This document shows, one piece after another, positions 27,827-32,000 of a DNA stretch of 32,000 nt. The stretch's first letter is position 1. Each line of letters begins with the position of its first letter. The stretch comes from Promethearchaeum syntrophicum (GTDB taxonomy: Archaea > Asgardarchaeota > Lokiarchaeia > Sigyniarchaeales > Promethearchaeaceae). Below the pieces are notes generated by a model. It ran no database searches and was not told the DNA's origin. It worked only from the letters and a program-made list of their open reading frames with translations. Both the position numbers and the translations under genes were made by a program. Location: contig NZ_CP042905.2 of NCBI RefSeq assembly GCF_008000775.2, positions 660,001 through 692,000 on the forward strand. The letters are read 5' to 3'.

Positions 27827-28513
27827 TTAAGCGTTCCAATCTTCTCGTGTCATAACTTTATACATATTTTCTAAGGCATTAAAAACTGCTTTCGCCATGT
27901 TTGCACGAGATTTTGTATTACCTTTTGTAATAGTCCATATATCAGTAACACCAGCTAATTTAAGTACTAATTTTGCTGTGTCTGAACATGCCAATCCGGT
28001 TCCTTTGGGTGCAGGTTTAAGAGTTACTCGGACGCTTCCCATTTTTCCAGAAGTTTCAAATGGAATTGAATGATAACCTCCACAATTGCATTCCCAACTT
28101 CCACAACCACGTTTAACGGGAATTATTGAAAGTTTAGCTTTTGCAATTCCTTTTCGGATTCCAGGACCTACTTCTTTATTCTTAGAAGAGCTAATTCCTA
28201 CGAATCCATCTTGATTACCAACAACTACAGAACATTTAAAAGTGCTTTTTTCGCCCGCATCTGTTTGTTTTTGAACCATTTTAATATCGATTACTTCTTC
28301 CTTTAAATTTGGGATTAAAGAATCTAATATCTCTTTTTCTTTGATTACATAGTTATTCTTAATTATTTCATCAATAGAAGTGATTTTTCCCTCTTTTACC
28401 ATCTTACCTAATCTGGTTAATGGTTTCCAATCATCGAGTGGATTTCTTCTTTTGAAAGGTTTTCTAGGAGGTCGTCTACCGCCTCTAGATTGACTGTTAT
28501 TTCTATTTGACAT
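27827..28513 (-). CDS. rps5: Ribosomal protein uS5
   Basis: WKPLTRLGKMVKEGKITSIDEI...VGNQDGFVGISSSKNKEVGPGIRKGIAKAKLSIIPVKRGCGSWECNCGGYHSIPFETSGKMGSVRVTLKPAPKGTGL. Start at the internal ATG (28513), which removes the overlap with L18. Confidence 0.95.
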   Translation of the reverse strand: MSNRNNSQSRGGRRPPRKPFKRRNPLDDWKPLTRLGKMVKEGKITSIDEIIKNNYVIKEKEILDSLIPNLKEEVIDIKMVQKQTDAGEKSTFKCSVVVGNQDGFVGISSSKNKEVGPGIRKGIAKAKLSIIPVKRGCGSWECNCGGYHSIPFETSGKMGSVRVTLKPAPKGTGLACSDTAKLVLKLAGVTDIWTITKGNTKSRANMAKAVFNALENMYKVMTREDWNA

Positions 28514-28517
28514 TATT

Positions 28518-29105
28518 TTACACCTTTTCTTCCATATTTTTTTTTGCTTTGTCGAAATCACTTACTATTTTTAATGGATCTCCTTTTTTCAGCAAAATTT
28601 TTGAAAATTTCTTTTTATATTGTGCAGGTTTCTTTTTTAATAATTTTGCATATGTTTCAATATGGGAACCATTTAATCTTTCCTCTAATTTATCTGGAAA
28701 CCATTTATTATCGTGAGGGACTTCATTTCCCGCATCAATAAATCCCCGAAAAGCTGCTTTAATACGATCATTATGCACAATTATTCCAATATCGAGAATT
28801 ATATCTTGGATTTTGGCTTTTTTTGCTCTTAACCCGCAAAGATATCCTGTAAGATATGCAGAAGGCATATTCCCAGAATTATGAACCCATGTAAATTGTT
28901 TCTCCAATTGAGAAGAATGACTTTGTGCAAGTATTTTATCTCCTTGAACCAAAGCATCAACAACTTGAACAATTGTGTGTTTATTAGAACATCTAATAAC
29001 TAGTCTTTTTCTTCGTGATATAATTAATTTTAGTCTTCTGTGATAGTTCGTCTTACCTTCTCTCCGTCTTCTGAAAGATATTCTATATTTAGGACCTCTT
29101 GCCAT
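28518..29105 (-). CDS. rpl18: Ribosomal protein uL18
   Basis: GPKYRISFRRRREGKTNYHRRLKLIISRRKRLVIRCSNKHTIVQVV; operon position. Confidence 0.93.
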   Translation of the reverse strand: MARGPKYRISFRRRREGKTNYHRRLKLIISRRKRLVIRCSNKHTIVQVVDALVQGDKILAQSHSSQLEKQFTWVHNSGNMPSAYLTGYLCGLRAKKAKIQDIILDIGIIVHNDRIKAAFRGFIDAGNEVPHDNKWFPDKLEERLNGSHIETYAKLLKKKPAQYKKKFSKILLKKGDPLKIVSDFDKAKKNMEEKV

Positions 29106-29107
29106 TC

Positions 29108-29557
29108 TTAATTCCTCATCAATTTATTTTCTTCAATATATCTATATAATGTCGCTACTGAATTGAAAGCTCCACCCTTTGCTTTTAAATAGAGTTTTCT
29201 ATAAACAGAAATCTCAATTTGTTTTGTATTTCGTAATTTCTTTAATTCTCTTCTTAATGGGCGGATTCTATTTATCCAATTTCTTTTTGGCGGTGATCGA
29301 GCGGTTTTTTTACCTTTTCTGCTTCCTATTCCACGTGCACGACCTTTTTGTTTCTTTTTAAGATTTAAATTTGCTCTAATTCTTGAAATTCCTATCTTAT
29401 TTCTTTTAGAAATTATTTTATTTTTTATTAAATTACGGATATCTTCCCTAGTAATTGCCATTGAAACATCATCGATAAAATCTGGTTCTATATAAACTCG
29501 ATTTTCACCACATTTCAATATTTCAGCAGCTAAACGTTTTTGAGCATTAACATTCAT
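29108..29557 (-). CDS. rpl19e: Ribosomal protein eL19
   Basis: QKRLAAEILKCGENRVYIEPDFIDDVSMAITREDIRNLIKNKII...RGIGSRKGKKTARSPPKRNWINRIRPLRRELKKL. Confidence 0.93.
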   Translation of the reverse strand: MNVNAQKRLAAEILKCGENRVYIEPDFIDDVSMAITREDIRNLIKNKIISKRNKIGISRIRANLNLKKKQKGRARGIGSRKGKKTARSPPKRNWINRIRPLRRELKKLRNTKQIEISVYRKLYLKAKGGAFNSVATLYRYIEENKLMRN

Positions 29558-29573
29558 TGTTCACATTACTCCT

Positions 29574-30062
29574 CTATTTTTTCCCCTTTGATTTTTTATT
29601 TGAATCTTTTTTTTCTTCTTCCATTTCTTCTTCTTCTTCACTAGGTTCGTCTATTTCAAGGAGATCTTCTTTTGAATAACCTGTATTAAATACTTTAAAT
29701 CCAAGTTCTTGAGCATATTCAACGACTTTTATTCTTTTTCTAGCTCCTAATCGAGCTGAAATGCGAATACCGTGTTTTTCTGGAGTTAAGTTTTTTAAAT
29801 CTTCAATATGTATAATTAAAATATCTTCTAAACCTGAAGGATGTAATCCACGTATTTTTTTTGGAGCTTGATATCCTGGTTCTGGAGATTTAACACCCAT
29901 TTTCATTTTCCTTCTAGTTTTATTATCAATACCCCTCTGTTTTCGCCAACCAGAATTCTTTAATTTTTTATATCTCCATGATTCATAACGTGCAAAGGAT
30001 GGATTTCTCTTCCTTTTTTTAGTTCTGATTCTTAATAATCGCTTTTTTTCATGTAATTCCAT
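29574..30062 (-). CDS. rpl32e: Ribosomal protein eL32
   Basis: FARYESWRYKKLKNSGWRKQRGIDNKTRRKMKMGVKSPEPGYQAPKKIRGLHPSG; acidic/basic C-terminal tail. Confidence 0.93.
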   Translation of the reverse strand: MELHEKKRLLRIRTKKRKRNPSFARYESWRYKKLKNSGWRKQRGIDNKTRRKMKMGVKSPEPGYQAPKKIRGLHPSGLEDILIIHIEDLKNLTPEKHGIRISARLGARKRIKVVEYAQELGFKVFNTGYSKEDLLEIDEPSEEEEEMEEEKKDSNKKSKGKK

Positions 30063-30084
30063 TTTTTTTACCTCTTTATCTCCT

Positions 30085-30666
30085 TTATTTAATTACCCAT
30101 ATTTGTTTATTTCCGAGTAATTTCTCATATACATAAATTCCATCTTGGAAGACACGCTTATCTTTATTTTTAATTCTGCACCTTTTCTGAATATTCGCAC
30201 AAGTTTGTCCAACTAATTCTTTATCGGTGCCAGAAACAATTACTTCTTCTTTATCTGCTTTAATTTTAACATCTCCAATAGAATGAGTGATTCGCGGTGC
30301 TCTTTCTCCTAGAAAGTTCTTAATAAGTATAACATCACTCCCTTTTTTTGGAGGTTCCAAAGTAATTGGAAAATGACTGTAAACTATTTTCATTCGATAT
30401 TCATATCCTTCTGCAACACCCAAAAACATATTATGCAGGATATTTTTTAGAGTAGTCGTTAGAGCAACTGTGTTTTTTCTGGGAAAATCTGCGTGCAAAA
30501 ATACTTTATTACCATCAATTTTAATGTCAATTTTTTTTGCATGCCCAAAATCTTTTGTCATTGTTCCTAATTTTCCTTTTACAGATACAAGTTTTTGCTC
30601 ATTTATCGTACAAACGATTCCCTTTGGAATTTCGAGTTCTTCATCAATACTAACATATTTGACCAT
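30085..30666 (-). CDS. rpl6: Ribosomal protein uL6
   Basis: MVKYVSIDEELEIPKGI...GVAEGYEYRMKIVYSHFPITLE...FLGERAPRI; VFQDGIYVYEK. Confidence 0.93.
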   Translation of the reverse strand: MVKYVSIDEELEIPKGIVCTINEQKLVSVKGKLGTMTKDFGHAKKIDIKIDGNKVFLHADFPRKNTVALTTTLKNILHNMFLGVAEGYEYRMKIVYSHFPITLEPPKKGSDVILIKNFLGERAPRITHSIGDVKIKADKEEVIVSGTDKELVGQTCANIQKRCRIKNKDKRVFQDGIYVYEKLLGNKQIWVIK

Positions 30667-30680
30667 GATAATCCTTCCTT

Positions 30681-31073
30681 TTAATATACATATACAAGTA
30701 ATCTTCCCCCAATATGCCGCTCTTTTGCTTCAACATGGGACATTACTCCTTGAGATGTGGAGAGAAGAATTAGTCCGAAATTAACTGCGGGTAAATAATT
30801 CTTTTCTTCAATTTCGATTTTTTTAATCTTTACTGGTTTTCTCGGTTTAATTACACCAATTTTATTTATTCGTCCTAGAAGCTGAACTCTGAACTTCCCC
30901 TGTCTTCCGTCATCAATACTTTCAAAGCTTCCAATATATCCATTTGCTTGAAGTATATGGAGAACAGTTCCTATAAGTTTTGAACGTGGGTTAATAATAA
31001 CTGAACTTTGGCAAACAATTTCTGCATTTTTAATACAGCTACATGCATCTGCTAATGGGTCTAATAGTGTCAT
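30681..31073 (-). CDS. rps8: Ribosomal protein uS8
   Basis: 130 aa; [14 protein letters not shown]...[36 protein letters not shown]...[29 protein letters not shown]. Confidence 0.93.
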   Translation of the reverse strand: MTLLDPLADACSCIKNAEIVCQSSVIINPRSKLIGTVLHILQANGYIGSFESIDDGRQGKFRVQLLGRINKIGVIKPRKPVKIKKIEIEEKNYLPAVNFGLILLSTSQGVMSHVEAKERHIGGRLLVYVY

Positions 31074-31087
31074 TTTTTCGTTTTCTC

Positions 31088-31252
31088 CTAATATTTTTTA
31101 AATCCTAAATCATTCGCTACTTCTCTAAAGCAGCGTCGACACAAATTTAATCCGTACTGACGGATGAGACCTCTATGGGACCCACAACGTCGGCATACTC
31201 TTGATCCTTTACCTTTTAATGAAATGGATGTGTTCATTCGTTTTTCGTTCAT
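31088..31252 (-). CDS. rps14: Ribosomal protein uS14 (zinc-binding form), 54 aa, missing from the ORF track
   Basis: Hand translation: [54 protein letters not shown]; CxxC...CxxC zinc motif; sits between S8 and L5 as expected. Confidence 0.96.
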   Translation of the reverse strand: MNEKRMNTSISLKGKGSRVCRRCGSHRGLIRQYGLNLCRRCFREVANDLGFKKY

Positions 31253-31262
31253 AATAATTCAC

Positions 31263-31835
31263 CTAGTAGTATCTTTCCTCCATTTTTTCTACAATTTCGA
31301 CTTTAAATACGTTTTCCATGAAATATATTGCTTCTTGACGGGAAAGATATTGGGAAGCTCCAACTTTTCGCCGGTTTTTTTTCCGAGTTTTAATTCTTAA
31401 TCCCGGACGGGTTAGTTTAACAGACACATTAAATCCAAAAATTCCCAGATCAGGATCATATTTCACTCCTGGAATTTTAATATGTTCATCTATACCAAAA
31501 CTAAAATTACCTTTATTATCAAAGGCTTTTTTCAAAATCCTGTTATCAAATGGATCTAATGCTTTTCTTAAGAAATTAGCACAATCTTCATTACGCAATG
31601 TAACTTTTGTAGCTACTGACATATTTTTACGTAATCCCCATTCTTTAACATTTTTCTTAGCCTTTACCACAACCGGTTTATGACCTGTTAATGATTCTAA
31701 TACTTTTTGTGCTTTTTGAATTTCTACTGCACCTAAGCTACCCATACCAATATTTATTACTACTTTATCAATTTTTGGTTGTAGCATTACGTTAGATTTC
31801 CACAATTGTTTATAATCAATGTTTTTTGCGCTCAT
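31263..31835 (-). CDS. rpl5: Ribosomal protein uL5
   Basis: KVVINIGMGSLGAVEIQKAQKVLESLTGHKPVVVKAKKNVKEWGLRKNMSVATKVTLR...FGIDEHIKIPGVKYDPDLGIFGFNVSVKL. Confidence 0.94.
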   Translation of the reverse strand: MSAKNIDYKQLWKSNVMLQPKIDKVVINIGMGSLGAVEIQKAQKVLESLTGHKPVVVKAKKNVKEWGLRKNMSVATKVTLRNEDCANFLRKALDPFDNRILKKAFDNKGNFSFGIDEHIKIPGVKYDPDLGIFGFNVSVKLTRPGLRIKTRKKNRRKVGASQYLSRQEAIYFMENVFKVEIVEKMEERYY

Positions 31836-31838
31836 TTA

Positions 31839-32000
31839 TTATTTCTCCATAGGTAAATCTATTACAGTATCTTTACTTCCAATTACAAAAACATAATCAT
31901 AAGATGTATTTATTTCACCGCTAGATGTTGTTATTTGAGCGAGAGATGCATTTACTCCAAATCTTTTTGTCAATTTTGAGATTAACCCAGATACTCCAGT
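31839..32000 (-). CDS. rps4e: Ribosomal protein eS4, C-terminal fragment (5' end off window)
   Basis: Hand translation: TGVSGLISKLTKRFGVNASLAQITTSSGEINTSYDYVFVIGSKDTVIDLPMEK*; FVIG...IDLP end and position before L5. Confidence 0.78.
   Translation of the reverse strand, partial: TGVSGLISKLTKRFGVNASLAQITTSSGEINTSYDYVFVIGSKDTVIDLPMEK

Noticed and set aside
30470-30784. 104-aa plus-strand ORF across L6/S8
   Set aside because: Antisense to two conserved ribosomal genes.
31164-31400. 78-aa plus-strand ORF
   Set aside because: Antisense to S14 and the 3' part of L5; the hand-translated S14 explains this interval.

Overview
This 32 kb window looks like an Asgard (probably Loki-like) archaeal chromosome. 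That placement is inferred from eukaryote-like genes next to an archaeal-order ribosomal operon with L19e, L32e and S4e. Left part (1-5555): an electron-transfer cluster of HdrA (5' end off the window), an MvhD-type subunit, a [NiFe]-hydrogenase small-subunit-like protein, a FrhB-like/GltD-like fusion flavoprotein and TusA, with no [NiFe] large subunit visible. Middle (5602-21585): a VTT/DedA-like membrane protein, a sugar-nucleotide nucleotidyltransferase, a Rag/Gtr/Arf-like GTPase followed directly by a protein resembling the IFT52 GIFT domain, a LeuB-family dehydrogenase, a large anchored secreted protein, a coiled-coil/zinc-ribbon protein, separately encoded HdrB-HdrC beside a Ras/Rab-like GTPase, a GH57 glycosidase, a possible gelsolin-domain protein with an acidic tandem repeat, and a PfkB-like kinase. 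Right part: a 1326-aa STT3/AglB oligosaccharyltransferase, a TPR protein, and the ribosomal run S4e(partial)-L5-S14-S8-L6-L32e-L19e-L18-S5-L30-L15. The S14 gene (54 aa) and the partial S4e gene are absent from the supplied ORF track and were translated by hand. No tRNA, rRNA, CRISPR array or mobile element was recognised. All family calls come from motif and pattern recognition; no database search was run.
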